The notes: generated from the sequence alone by a model not told the origin. A DNA stretch of 63,809 nucleotides, filler included, from Octopus bimaculoides (GCF_001194135.2; 6 parts of 6 records of this genome joined end to end with filler, not necessarily neighbours in it); one strand, 5' to 3'. Shown: positions 35,755-49,860, numbered from the whole stretch's first letter. Made by a program: numbers and translations.

Positions 35755-36426
35755 AGGCTCAGTGCAACCAGGGCTTACATGACAAAATGTGTTTTAAGGC
35801 CGTAAGGTGTGATTTGGTTGTTATTTCTGGCAAATTGAAAAAGCATGGAGTAAGTGGATCTCATCGTTAGTTGGCTTAGGCTCACACCACCACCATTACC
35901 TCTAGAAAAGATTGTGACCAAAAGCACAAACCTTATTCATTGATGGTGGTGGTAGGAGTGGATGAAGTTAAATGTCAAAAATTTACATAAGCTTATCTGT
36001 TGCTAAGCTACAGTTCGAGTTACAAGCAAGGACAATATCATTTTGGAAATATAATTTTCCTTTCTTCATTATTTCAATCTCTGGTTTTTTTTCTTCTTTT
36101 TTTATATTTTTTTTTTTACCTTCTCTCTGAAATATATTTTTAACGACAAAATGATATACATTTCAGAGATGTAGTTGCCAGGCAAGTAATTTTATCTGAG
36201 ACCATGTGTTGAAACTAAAATGAATGCCGCATGGAAAACGCACGTTAGCCCCATTCAAAGCTCACACAAAGACTGTTCGTTTCACTTAAACATTATATTT
36301 GGTGTCAGAATTTTCATCTCACCAACTGCAACTTGGCCGTTGACACGATTCCACTGCATGCAGTGGAAAATCTTCGTGTTTTTGAATGGTTAATGTATGC
36401 AAAAAAAAAAAAAAATGCAAATTTTA

Positions 36427-36925
36427 GTGGCTGTGTGGTAAGTAGCTTGCTTACAAGGGTTCCAGTTGATCCGATCAACGGAACAGCCTGCTCGTGAAAT
36501 GAACGTGCAAGTGGCTGAGCACTCCATAGACACGTGTACCCTTAACGTAGTTCNNNNNNNNNNNNNNNNNNNNNNNNNNNNNNNNNNNNNNNNNNNNNNN
36601 NNNNNNNNNNNNNNNNNNNNNNNNNNNNNNNNNNNNNNNNNNNNNNNNNNNNNNNNNNNNNNNNNNNNNNAGCGTGACACAGAGTGTGACAAGGCTGACC
36701 CTTTGAAATTACTGGCACAACAGAAACAGGAAGAAAGAGTGAGAGAAAGTTGTGGTGAAAGAGTACAGCAGGGTTCGCCACTATCCCCTGCCGGAGCCTT
36801 GTGGAGCTTTTAGGTGTTTTCGCTCAATAAACACTCGCAACGTCCTGTCTGGGAATCTAAACCGCGATCCTATGACCGTGAGGTCGCTGCCCTAACCACT
36901 GGGCCATTGCGCCTCCATACATCAT
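36427..36925 (-). mobile_element. SINE family E (minus, 36455-36925) fused to a family A head (plus, 36427-36454)
   Basis: E head GGCGCAATGGCCCAGTGGTTAGGGCAGCG...GGTTTAGATTCC; the junction falls in a shared GCTTAC hexamer at 36449-36454. Confidence 0.85.
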
Positions 36926-37084
36926 CATCCCATAGTCCACAGAAAAACTGTCTTGCAGGAAACTGTTTCCATGGAAATTGCTGCTTTTGTGGATGGACAA
37001 AACCATTTCATTTGCGGAGCAGGGGGTGTTCAGATCAAGTCTCAGTATACACACCATATTCAAAATATTTTCATGTGTCCCTAA

Positions 37085-37497
37085 CCTCTTATTTCTTACT
37101 AGTTTTGGTCATTAGACTGCAGCCATGCTGGGGCACAGCCTTGAAGAATTTTTAATCAAACGAATGACCCCAGTGCTTGTTTTTTTGCTTTTTAAACCTG
37201 GTACTTTTTCCATCGGTCTCTTTTGCTGAACTGTCAAGTTATGGGGATGTAAACATACCAACACAGGTTGTCAAGTAGTGGTAGAGACAGACAGACACAA
37301 CAGAAACAGGAAGTAAGAGTGAGAGAAAGTTGTGGTGAAAGAGTACAGCAGGATTCGCCACCATCCCCTGCCGGAGCCTCCTGGAGCTTTAGGTGTTTTC
37401 GCTCAACAAATACTCACAATGCCCGGTCTGGGAATCAAAACCGCGATCCTATGACCACGAGTCCGTTGCCCTAACCACTGGGCCATTGCGCCTCCAC
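37085..37497 (-). mobile_element. Chimeric SINE: family E head (37290-37497) followed by family A 3' half (37085-37290)
   Basis: On the minus strand the E head runs to CTTCCTGTTTCTGTTGTG and continues directly into the A core and CAGTCTAATGACCAAAAC tail. Confidence 0.8.
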
Positions 37498-38018
37498 AAT
37501 ATATAACATAAAATTAGATCATAAATGATCATCGATGTTTTGACTAAAATTTATAATTGCTTTTTGTTCCCTTAAATTGTATTGCTATATACTATATGCT
37601 GATTCAAAAAGAAAAAATTTGCACACACACATGTGAGTGTGTATGTGCATGTATGTGTATGTTCGTGTGTGCGGGTGCAAGCAATTCTATGTAGTGAAGA
37701 TGCTTACTTCACAATCATATCATTTAAGGTCTGGTCCTACTGCTTGGCATCTTGGGCAAATGGCTTCAACTAAGGCTTCTGGCTGATCATTGGACTGTGA
37801 ATGAAATTTGTAGATGGAAATTGCAGAAACTCATCATGCCTATGTTTGTGTTTGTATGTGTGTGTATTAACTGTGACTGTTTATATCTTACAACTTAATA
37901 GAATACCAATAGGGCATCACTAAGTTATGTACAGACTTGAAAAAGAAAAGGGCTAGAGTTCTGAGGCAGTGTCCCAATATAACCATAATTAAATGACTGA
38001 AGGAAGTGAAAGATATAC

Positions 38019-38051
<33 letters not shown>

Positions 38052-38793
38052 CATATATNNNNNNNNNNNNNNNNNNNNNNNNNNNNNNNNNNNNNNNNNN
38101 NNNNNNNNNNNNNNNNNNNNNNNNNNNNNNNNNNNNNNNNNNNNNNNNNNNNNNNNNNTATATATATTGTGAAAAGGAGATTGCATATCATGGGATGTAC
38201 GGAGTGCAAGTCGTGAAGTATCAAGTATAGTGTATAATATGCATTGTGTAGGTTGCATTACAGTATCAGATGGTGACTGTATAAGTTGTCATAGTGCAGA
38301 TTAACAAGATAGCTTCTATAAAGTTACTTGACCTGTCCATCATATCAATCAAACCAATAAATTTATTTTTAAAACATGTAGATTACATAAATATTGGAAG
38401 GTGTGATGTCCCACTCAACAATTTAAAGAAAACCTTACAAGATTGCCAACCATGTCAAAAGAATTTGAATAACAGAAAAAAAACTTGCTATTTCATTTTT
38501 CTTTTCGTCTAATTCAAAAAACTTTTATCATGCTTCTTAAGTTGTTCAAATAACATACTGGTAATGAACATACATTTAACCTTTAACATGGAAGAAGCTA
38601 AACAGGTTTGAATCATTTATTAACTAAATTATTTCAACTAATTGAGGGACTGATATAGGGAGATAAACCATAATTTATTTCATTTTTAAAAAGGGGTAAT
38701 CCATTAGAAACTTAACAATTTCTAAAGTTTAAAAATTGTTTCTTGCATGAGACTAACCAGTGGGGAAGGAGATCAATCAAAGCAGGTGTTCAC

Positions 38794-38975
38794 GGACGCC
38801 CTTCCTAACGCCAACTCTCGGAGTGGTTGGCGTTAGGAAGGGCATCCAGCCGTAGAAACTCTGCCAAATCAGATTGAAGCCTGGTGTAGCCTTCGGGCTC
38901 CACCAGTCCTCAGTCAAATCGTCCAACCCATGCTAGCATAGAAAGCGAACGTTAAACGATGATGATGATGATGAT
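38794..38975 (+). mobile_element. RTE-type 3' end with (GAT)n tail and fold-back at its 5' junction
   Basis: GAGTGGTTGGCGTTAGGAAGGGCATCCAGC...CCAACCCATGCTAGCAT..CGTTAAACGATGATGATG. Confidence 0.8.
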
Positions 38976-40084
38976 TGCAGGACATAAAACTAATGCATGA
39001 TTAATTAATAATTAACCTGAAGTAGAGGTCCTCAATGAAGTTTCATTGTATAAGTGAATGAAATTAGAACACAGCACGCATATATACAATGTCTCATACT
39101 CGCCAAATGTATCCCTAGAATATCACCATTGCTAAACTTTCGTTTCCTCACCAGGTTTTCCATCAGCAACCGCCAAACTAAAATAATTCAAATGGCATTT
39201 CATCCTGCTATCTCTGTTTTTCTAGACTAGGCGTGTCTAAAGTGAAAGGTGACGATATATAAGGTGTAGATATTAATCCCAGAAAACAACAACAACAACA
39301 CACACACACACATTTGACCTTTCTTTGGGAGGAATATATTCCATTTTCAAAGAACAAGGTTATCTGTTCAATATTGACATTATTCCCCAGTCGGCTTATG
39401 TACAGGTCAGCTATGAATTCTTAATCAACTGGTATTTAACCATCTGGACCCGCCGCTAACACAAAGCAAGAACTGTCGTGGAATAACGAGTTCAAAAGAA
39501 TTTAGATCAAAAGAAGAAAGCGTTTAATTTCTTTATGGGAGTTCAAATAATAGGAAACAAACAAATGACAATGCATTGGTGTTCCCTTACTTATACAAAA
39601 TATTGTTCTTCGAATTACAAGTTAAAATCTTAATATGTAGTCTTGCCTTACATCAATGTCACTTCCGCAATACCACATCAATTTTTTGGTACAATTTTCC
39701 TCGTGGTAATAATTTTTTAAGTGTAAAATATCATTTCATTAAAGGAATAAATATCAATACAGTAATTGTCTAACTGTTTACAATATCAATTACATTAAAT
39801 CAAATTATCTGACAAAGATAGGAAATACCAACAGCTGTAACTAAGAATTAATGTAAAAGACTGATGTTAGGAAGAAATGTGTAGCAAAACAAGCACCATC
39901 ATCATCATCAGCGACAAGACGTAACGCTATAAATTGAGTTTTTGCAATTAGAAAACACACATGCAAAGACCTGCCTGCTAAAACTACATAAGTAAAACAA
40001 GTTTTCTCCTGTTATTTAAGAAATAAATTAAACAAAGCGAATCATTGTTTTGTTGGGACGTTTAAACCGCTATGCGCGCGCCAA

Positions 40085-40086
40085 CT

Positions 40087-40126
<40 letters not shown>

Positions 40127-40369
40127 GTGTGTGTGTGTGTGTGTATTTATATANNNNNNNNNNATGTATACATATATATACATATATATATATACATGTG
40201 TGTGTGTGTATTTATATAAATATATGTATGTATACATATATATACATACATATATATATGTGTCTGTGTGTATAGATAGACAGACAGATGTAGACATGTA
40301 CATATATATATATATATGTATACATACATATATATGTGTGTGTGTATAGATAGATAGACAAATGTAGAC

Positions 40370-40432
<63 letters not shown>

Positions 40433-40492
40433 TACATAGACATAAACGTACATATATACATTATATATATAAATATATAGACATAAACGTAC

Positions 40493-40526
<34 letters not shown>

Positions 40527-40570
40527 GCATCTATATATACATACAGCCATACACACACACATATATATAT
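40085..40570. repeat. Compound TA/TG/TAGA microsatellite with internal higher-order duplications
   Basis: Direct read; CATAAACGTACATATA occurs twice. Confidence 0.9.
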
Positions 40571-43500
40571 TCACACATATACATATATCTCCATATAAGA
40601 ATAATGTAGAAGCCGTGTCAGTCGGCCAATATCTAAAATAGTAATATCAGTGTATATAGTAATGATAACAATAATAATAATAGTCGTTAAAAGACCAACA
40701 AAAACTAACATGGAACAGTAGTTATTTATGTATGAAAAGCAGCTGATCTGTTATTAGACGATACTTTAATAACGATCGTACGTTAAATAATGTTCTGTTC
40801 CGACTAACATTCCTATGATATAAAATTAGAGGGTGGAGATTTCTTGCAACTGATATGTCTCTTAACTAGTGTGTGCTTTCTACCAGGATATATAAACTCT
40901 TTCGTCTTCAATAGCCTATTCTGGACTTCAGTTTGAACTAACTAGCTAACTAATTATATAGAAAGATAGATATATTATATACTTTTTCCTCTCCCTCTTG
41001 TATTTCTTTTAATGTTAAAAATTAGACAGACACTAAAGATGCCAGTTTCCAAATAGACACATTTAAACTGAAAAGTGAACTTTGAGATCAAGAGAAGCAC
41101 TCACTAACTACTTTTATAACTGAAACGTGAATTTCTTTTTAATATTTGAAAATCAATTTCCGGCTAATTTTCTTTTAAAGGCAATTATATACTTTAACTA
41201 TGTTAATGGATCTAGATTAGGAAAATAAAATAAGTAAAATAGATTTTTTTCAAATAAAATTAATCAAAATTCATCTATTTCATCTGCCGCAGAAAGACTT
41301 TATACTAAAATTGTGATAAAAATTTAACTAAACCATAATTTGGTCATATGCTTAGTTCCAGAGAAAACTCCGACACCGAAAACTTAGTAATATATTTCTA
41401 TTTATCCATAAGGCAAAAATGATTTTCAATACATTTAGTAATATTTACTTTTAATGTTATTAAATGATTTCTAAAAGTGGTACGAGAACTGACTATAAAA
41501 ATAATAATAATAAAGATACTTTAATAATATTTGACATGTTAGTTTTGCAGGACGGTTTTCAATTTGATCCACCCACCAGATTGTTACTTATATAATTACA
41601 AAACTATTTATTAACAAGTGTTTTTGTTAGTTGAGGACGAATGATATTCTATCGAAACAATATGAAAAGAAATATTAACAATTTCTTTGACAGTTTAAAG
41701 TAATTTCGAAAACATTTGAAACTAAAATGACACAACACACCGAACAATTTAAATGACAATTCAGTTATCACAACTACACCTATTAGTGTACGTGTGTGTG
41801 TGTATGAGATAGATAGATATGTATACATGAGTGCGTGATTTGATTCATCTCTACGACGAATTCCTATAAACATCACACACCAACTGGATATTCCACATGC
41901 CTTTACACAGAACAATATATCCAATAGAGACAACAAACCACTGCGTGATCATTCGACATGCTAGAAATAACAACTAACATTTCACTAAAATCCTACACCG
42001 TACTTGTTTTTCTTTCCTTCTTATTACAAACGAATTGAGGGGTACAAACATGATAAGTATAATAATGATAATAATAATAATAATAATAATAATATGGAAC
42101 GGTCACAAATGGAATGGCTCTGATTGCCAAATAACAATTTTTCAAAAAAGAATGGTTTAAAAAAGAAAGTAAGAAAGGCTGGGGAAAGACAGATAATTGA
42201 AGGATGAAAGAAATAAAGAATGGAAAAAATACAAGATATCTGGATAATTGCAAAGTGTAGTAACATAGTAATAACGATACATGTGACATGGAATAATTGG
42301 ACACAGTAAAAATGCAGCATGGCAAAAATACACATAACAACATAATGTAATACAATACAATACAATATTAAAAAAGGTACAATGAAAAGATTAAAAATCA
42401 GTAGCAATAATACTCACTGCTGTCGCCAATAATTAGTAATTTAAAGAGGTGATCGTACTCGTTGGCCATCCTGCTGAAATAAAAGTGTTGTTGTTAGCTA
42501 AGATAGCGCACTGTTTGTTTTTTAGTCTCCTTTAAAAATAAGAAGTATTTATCGTCTCTCTTTTCTATTACCCTATGTTCCGCCGAAGACAAAGCGAGAC
42601 GGAGAGGGAAAAGAGAGAGACAGATAGAGATAGAAACACACAGAGATTAAAGAGGGAGTTTGTAAAAGAGAGATTAATAGAGAGAAAGATATAGGGAGAC
42701 AGAGATTGTGATTAATGATGCTACAAACACACAACAGAGTCCAGTAACAACCCTCCCGGATGAAAGTTCTTTTATAACAGTAGTAGTAATAGTAGTAGTA
42801 GTAGTGATAACATTACTACTTTAGTGCTACTGCTATTACAAACCTGAAGCCAGCGACTAATAATGATTATAAATATCGATTTCTAACCAAAGGTACAAGG
42901 TATTAAATCTAAGAAAGCGGAGCAGGGGTAGGGAAGGCTACAGATGCTCATTTCCGAATATCCTCAGAGTATAACAGGTATTCTGAAATAATATTGTTTC
43001 ATTTCGCAACATGTTAACTGTGGACACTAATTATTAATACGATAGTGTTATTGATGATAATGATGATGATGATAGTAGTAGTAGTAGTAGCAGTGTCCTA
43101 ATAGGGTGGGTCTTCTGAACCAAACCAAAAAAAAAAGGACACTGCCTAAACGGAATAATAAATATTATTACGATGAACAGAATCAACATAGCGTAAAGAG
43201 TTCTTCAAAAAAGAATTCTTTTTAATATGCATGACAAATATATTCATATAATTATAACTTCCTTAAAGTTACTATTTAAATAATTGCAGTTTGAAAACAA
43301 AACAAACTTACATGATCTCTAATGAAATAGAAAGCTATTAAAGGGCAGGTACTCTTATAGGACACACGCATATATATGTATATGTGTGTGTAATAACGGT
43401 AGTCTAGCGTTTTAGGACAGGCTACCAATGCTAACTACAAAGCTATCACTATGCATATTATTTTGGGCCGGAAGTTAGAGAGATTTCTGGTATCTACTAC

Positions 43501-44189
43501 GCATGCTCGCTAGATTGTCAACGACTTCATAACACAGATGCCACTCCTTGACTTTGGAGTGTTAATACCATGTGCCTTATTTGAGGTTGTGCTATGTGTG
43601 TGACATCCTGTTTGCGACTCATGACGCACGCATTTATCCATATGACGGATAAAAACGTATCTGTCACACTTTAGACTTGGCATTTACGTGTTCTTTTTAC
43701 TAAAGTTCTACGAACTAACGCTCAAGAATTTATTTTAAAAAACCCTTGAGGGCGGTGCCCCAACATGGTCGCAATCTAAGGAAAAGATAAAAGCGTGTAT
43801 ATATATATATATATATATATATAGTTGCACCAATACTTTGGTTCAAATTCTGCAGTTCTCGACTTCATGAGTTTCACACTGCGGTATATATGGTACACAT
43901 AGTTAAGGAAGAATAGTAATGCGGTATAATTTTCCCTGCTGTTAAAATGTTAAATCGTTTTAGTCACGTGAAATTTGCTAAGGTTCTCTCTGCCTACGTC
44001 TGCATACTGTGTAAAAATAAGATATATTTTTGTGTTGTTCGGCATTTAGTGTCAGTTTATATACCATGCTATTCGAGATTTACAGTATTTCTAAACCTGC
44101 CGTTTATTAACATGAATTCTAAACGAGAGAGTAATAATGCTAGCAGAAATAGTAAAGGTACAAAGAACAAGGAAAGTTATTAAAGAAGA

Positions 44190-44830
44190 CGTGGCTACGT
44201 GGTAAGAAGCTTCCTTACCAACCTCATGGTTTTGGGTTCAGTCCCACTCTTTGGCACCGTGGGCAGGTGTCTACTACTATAACCTTGGCCCAGCCAAATT
44301 CTTGAGTGCATTTGGTAAACGGAAACTGAAAGAAGCCTGTCGTATATATGTGTGTGTCTTTGTGCTTGTGTTTCCCCCACCACCACCACCACCATCATTA
44401 CTTAACCGGCGTTGGTGTGTTTACGTCCCCATAACTTAGTGGGTTGGTAAAGGTGATCGATAGATCGATGGCTTTAAAAAAAAAGTTTTGTGGTCGATTC
44501 ATTTGACTAAATCCTTTGAGTCAGTGCCCCAGTATGGCCACAGTCTAATGACTGAAACAAGTAAAAGAATAAAAGAGTAAAAGAATAAAACAAGTTTGGT
44601 AGAGTTCTTCATATCCCAAAATTGAAATGCATGACAAATCACCATATCTTGACAGCCAATGTTGGTGTGTTTACATCCCCCATAACTTAGCAGTCTGGCA
44701 AAAGATATAGAATAAGTAGGCTTACAAAGAATAATTCCTGGAGTCCATTGCTTCAACTAAAAATCGTTTTAGGTCATGCGCCAGCATAACCATTGTCAAA
44801 GTGACTGAAACAAGTAAAAGAATAAAGAAA
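44190..44830 (+). mobile_element. SINE family A full copy (44190-44590) plus second 3' half (44650-44830)
   Basis: Head, core and GACTGAAACAAGTAAAAGAATAAA tails. Confidence 0.8.
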
Positions 44831-45506
44831 CTCCATTTTAAAGTCTGTTTATTGCCTGTATTTTGAATTTTAACATGTTAATACAAAGAGCATTTAAATG
44901 CATCTGTCAATGCAAAAGTTCTACATCTAAAATAAGTGCAGAAAGTTTTAGCTTCTTACATAGTTGTCCATTGATACAATGATGTTCTTCTAGTTGTCTA
45001 CTTAACCCATTACCTCCCATAATTCTATTAACTGGAATTTTTTTCATGAAACTTTGATTTCTAGCATAAAACAGCCTTAGAAACACGCTGGAATGATCAA
45101 AATAACATTTTAAATAGAAATAAGCAAGATATTGGGTGAAAAATTAGCAAGCCTCATTTGAATATCAGAGAAATATACCTAGTAGATATAGCAAAAAGTT
45201 AGATATGTGTAAATATTGACAGATAATTATGAAATTTGTAATTTTTAAGTGATCTCATTCATATGAGATCACTGGTAGGTTATGGGTTAACTGAAATTAA
45301 GAGAGAGAATGAAAGAAAAAGACAAAGAGAAAGAAAAATTGATAGGCAGATATATAGATACAGAAAGATCACTTGCCAAAGAGTAAGAGAAATGACATAT
45401 CTTGTTTTTAAATAAGTAACTTATGAAAAAATACCCAAATATTTGTAAGTTTTTCCGAAAAACATTGTAATTAACATTGTATTTCTTTAGCATTTTCTGG
45501 GTTTTC

Positions 45507-45548
<42 letters not shown>

Positions 45549-46134
45549 GCAGTTCCTATTGTCATTTCTTTTTCCATCAGTATTTTCATTTCTCTAATTG
45601 AGTTCCTAGAAAATCTTTCTTCTTTTCGCCTGCATACAGTATATCCATTTAGTTATTTAAATAATTTCATACTTCTTTTCCGAGAAATGAAAAATCAAAA
45701 CTTTTAAGCCGTATAACATATTTGACAAAAGATTTTTATAAATATATATATCGTACCCTAGTGGTCAGTTAATACAAGGGAGACAATCATTTCTTCATAG
45801 TATTTGGTGGGATCAGAAGTTTGAATTTGATATTAACAAAAAAGATGCATAAAATTGTAATCTTATAATAATTCTGCTTGTTCTTCTGTTGCTTAGCCTG
45901 TCCATGACGTTTTCACATGATTAGTTAAAGGAGGAGGGGGGGCAGGAGAGATGAAATGTGTAATTTTTGTTCAACTAAGTTTTTTTCCCTCCGTTATTTA
46001 GCCCATCTGTTGTGTTTTCACATGTTTAGTTGAAGGGAAAGGTGAATAGTGAGAGAAAAAGAGGGTAAGGTGAGGACTGAGAGAGAAAGAGGGAAAGTGC
46101 TGTGTATTAAGTCTATAACATTGTGCACAAAGTA

Positions 46135-46620
46135 CCGTAAATCCTCGAGTATAGTCCGCCCTTGAGTATAATACACGGGATTTTTAGGAGGCTGTACCTC
46201 TGAAAAACCTAAACCTTGTGTATAATACGCACCCCTTCTCCAACTTGAGTCAAGGAGGTCTATATAACGTCCTTGGTTTGTAAACATATATATGGTAATG
46301 TCATTTATTATTATTGTATATATAACATGATGCAAACGTGTAGCTTTATTGTGCTCTTTGTTTGGAAAAAGTAAAGAAATAACAGTAATAAAGTCAGTGA
46401 AAAATAAATATTAAGTAAATTGCCTTTACATATTTGTCACTATCAGTTACAAGCCCGACATCACAAAATGTGTCTTAATAAACATTGCCGGATAGCAAAT
46501 AGAGACTCGGACATTGCTTAGAAAATATTTTTCATTTTTTACCTCATATATAGTACGCACTAGGGATTTTGACCGTTAAATTTTGGGAAAAACATGCGGA
46601 TTATACTCGAGGATTTACGG
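46135..46620. mobile_element. pogo/Tigger-like (Tc1/mariner superfamily) MITE
   Basis: 25-bp TIRs CCGTAAATCCTCGAGTATAGTCCGC and GCGGATTATACTCGAGGATTTACGG with one mismatch; TA on the left and TG on the right (decayed TA TSD). Confidence 0.85.
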
Positions 46621-47796
46621 TGTATAAAGTGCATTAAGTAATCATCGTATTCCAATTTCCTACATTTTTCAATGATTTGGAGATGAGCGACTATCGTTTG
46701 ATACAGACACAACACAGGCTATGCTTTCAGGTTTTTGGGGTGATAAGGTTTTCAGAAAATAACCCAATAAGTTTACCACTAATGAAATATTTACAGGTCC
46801 CTCTGGTTTTTATAAATACAATTCACTAAATCTCAGGCTGGAAAACATTAATTAAAAAAAGTTGTTCTGGGCCCTCATTGGGATTAAAGGCCCACTGAAG
46901 CTTAAGTTTTGTTAGGCCCAAGACCCAGGGAATCCTTGGGCAACTTCAGAATGTACCCATGCTTGAAAATAGCACTGCATACATGAACTATAGATGTTGA
47001 TGATTGAATTAATCTATATTAGATGTCACTAAACAAATTAGTTCTTCACAATACATTCCACTATTCCAAACATCAGAGTAGACACAAGTGCTTGCATGTA
47101 GCAATAACAACTACACACAATCTGTTGTCACTAAAATAGAGAGATGCTGGTGACATCTGATTCTTTGTTAAATACACAATTCAGATGGTTTCTTCTGGTG
47201 TCTCTAAATTGGATATATGTCTGTACTGGGATTCATAATATGTAATATTCAACTGTAATGAATGACATTTTGAACAAAAATAAATCATATAAGAAAGAAA
47301 AAAGCAGCTGTTATCATAAGTTATATTTCTGATTTTCTACTGAAAAAGAAAATATTTCTAACCATCAGAGAAATGGGACTGAATGGATATTTCCTCACTT
47401 TGATTGTTTTAGAGGACCAGCACAAAATACTAGAAGTAGCATTTATTGGATAATTTAATTCTGCCACTACATGGGATCAAAACATAACTGAATGGGTGTA
47501 TAATTAGTCTCTCCTATCACCAAATGCCAAGTTTTGATATTCATTTCTTGTAATGCTGTCTGTTAATTCATCTCTCTCAGAACCCTTCTTTTCATTGAAG
47601 TTTAGCTTTTGAAGTGGAATTGGATGGGGTCATAGAAACAGAGCATTTGTTATTTTTTCTTTTTGAAGCCAGAATATACGGAAAACATTGCAAATGCGAG
47701 TGGGCTGCCATTCTGTTCAACTAAGGATAAATTATTAGAAAACAAAAATAAATAAATAGAAATCATTTTAAAGAAATCTTGATATATAAACATAGG

Positions 47797-48535
47797 TACA
47801 GGCATGGCTGTGTGGTAAGAAGCTTGTTCATCCTTGTTCATCCCCTCTGTGTAAGGCCTTAATGGCCAAAATTTTTAAATAAAGAAGCTTGCTTCCCAGC
47901 CACATGGTTCTGGGTTCAGTCCCACTGGTTAGCACCTTAGGCAAGTGTCTTCTACTATAGCCTTGGGCTGATCAAAGCCTTGTGAGTGAATTTGGTAGAT
48001 GGAAACTCAAAGAGGCCTGTCACACACACACACACACACACNNNNNNNNNNNNNNNNNNNNNNNNNNNNNNNNNNNNNNNNNNNNNNNNNNNNNNNNNNN
48101 NNNNNNNNNNNNNNNNNNNNNNNNNNNNNNNNNNNNNNNNNNNNNNNNNNNNNNNNNNNNNNNNNNNNNNNNNNNNNNNNNNNNNNNNNNNNNNNNNNNN
48201 NNNNNNNNNNNNNNNNNNNNNNNNNNNNNNNNNNNNNNNNNNNNNNNNNNNNNNNNNNNNNNNNNNNNNNNNNNNNNNNNNNNNNNNNNNNNNNNNNNNN
48301 NNNNNNNNNATATATATATATATACATATATGTGTGTGTCTGTGTTTGTTCCCCCACCATCACTTGACAACTGATGTTGGTGTGTTTATGTCCCCATAAC
48401 TTAACGGTTTGGCAAAAGAGACTGATAGAATAAGTACCAGGCTTACAAACAATAAGTCCTGGAATTGATTTCTTCAACTAAAAGGTGGTGCTCCAGCATG
48501 ACCACAGTCAAATGACTGAAACAAATAAAAGAATA
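47797..48535 (+). mobile_element. SINE family A full copy with a 55-bp insert in the head
   Basis: Insert 47827-47881 flanked by AAGAAGCTTG at 47817-47826 and 47882-47891; the internal microsatellite is gapped. Confidence 0.85.
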
Positions 48536-48929
48536 TATATATAAAGCAAATAAGTAACAAGGGTGTTCAGGTATTAGTGCATTACGGCCGTTTCAGGCAG
48601 CTCCATTTAATCAAACAATGTAAGCATTTCATCAATTTGAAATACACTGCTTTCTTCAGATGCATAAGACCATATAGGTTTTTCAACATACAGGACACTC
48701 CATTATGATTTTTTAGCAAATATTTCATCAAAACTATATAGGTATGTATGTATGCATGTATGTATTGATCATTTCAACATCTGACATGGGGCACACTTGG
48801 GCACCTGTATGGCAATGTTGATTTGATGGAAGAAATGAGCTTATGTATCACACATACATTTGAGCTCTGTAAACAAATTATTTGTGCAGGTCATTGAGCA
48901 AAAACTGAACACTCATACACCAGCTTCAA

Positions 48930-49050
48930 CAGGAGTGGTTGACATTAGGAAGGGCACCCAGCTGTAGAAACCATACCAAATCAGATTGGAACCTGGTGCA
49001 GCTTACCAGTTCTCAGTCAAACTGTCTACCCCATGGATAACAGATGTTAA

Positions 49051-49086
<36 letters not shown>
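48930..49086 (+). mobile_element. RTE-type 3' end with (GAT)n tail
   Basis: GGAGTGGTTGACATTAGGAAGGGCACCCAGCTGTAGAAAC...GTTAAATGATGATG. Confidence 0.75.
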
Positions 49087-49689
49087 TATCCCTGCATGTG
49101 TGTATGCTGAGGGGTCCCTTCATGAAAGGGAGCTAGTGGAGCTCTTTCTGATAGGTGTACTTTGTCTGACAGCAGGCCCAGGGCAATTGTTCCGATCTTT
49201 ACCCCTTTAAATCTGGCTGCTATGATGTGCAATTTCAACATGAAACTTTATAGATAAAGAAAAACCACAAGTACAAACTGTTGCTTGATCCTTGAATTTG
49301 CAACAAGCATTACAATGACTAAAATGAAATGCTTTTTTGTCAATTTGGAATGAAGATCAGACATTTCTATACATTAAGTGGCCATCAAATCAGATACCCT
49401 CACTATGTTTGCAGTAGTCGAAAGGAAACCAAACTGAAAGGGAGGGAAACTAGAAAAACATATTCTGGAAGGTCTGGATGGTTGGATAGATATGTAAAAC
49501 TATTTGGAGTTAATAATGTTAGGTAAAGAGAGTAAACAAAGTGCAACTAGGTATGATAGTAATATACTGAGATAGATTTGATTGTTATATTTAAAAATGG
49601 TGTTTTTTATGACCAAAATAAAACAAAACACTGCTGAGACAATAAACAAATACTATTTTTGAAGATGGGGAAGCAGCAGATGAAAATGG

Positions 49690-49860
49690 TTTCAAATTTT
49701 GGCACAAGGCCAGCAATTTCAGTGGAAGAGGTAACTCAATTACATCAACTACTGTGCTCAACTGGTACTTATTTTATCGACCCCAAAAGGAGAAAAAGCA
49801 GAGTCAACCTTGGTAGAATTTGAACTCAGAACATAAAGACAAATGGAAATGTTGGATAAT
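49690..49860 (-). mobile_element. SINE family B
   Basis: CAAATTTTGGCACAAGGCC...CTGGTACTTATTTTATCGACCCC...GAATTTGAACTCAGAAC. Confidence 0.8.

Noticed and set aside
36860-36925. tRNA-like sequences with A and B boxes (also 5530, 24700-24775, 37430-37497, 52120)
   Set aside because: They lack a full cloverleaf acceptor stem and continue into multicopy SINE bodies, so they are SINE heads rather than tRNA genes.
49340-49420. WNEDQTFLYIKW, reminiscent of a Myb/SANT-like helix
   Set aside because: Too short, followed by stops, with no associated Harbinger transposase or TIRs.
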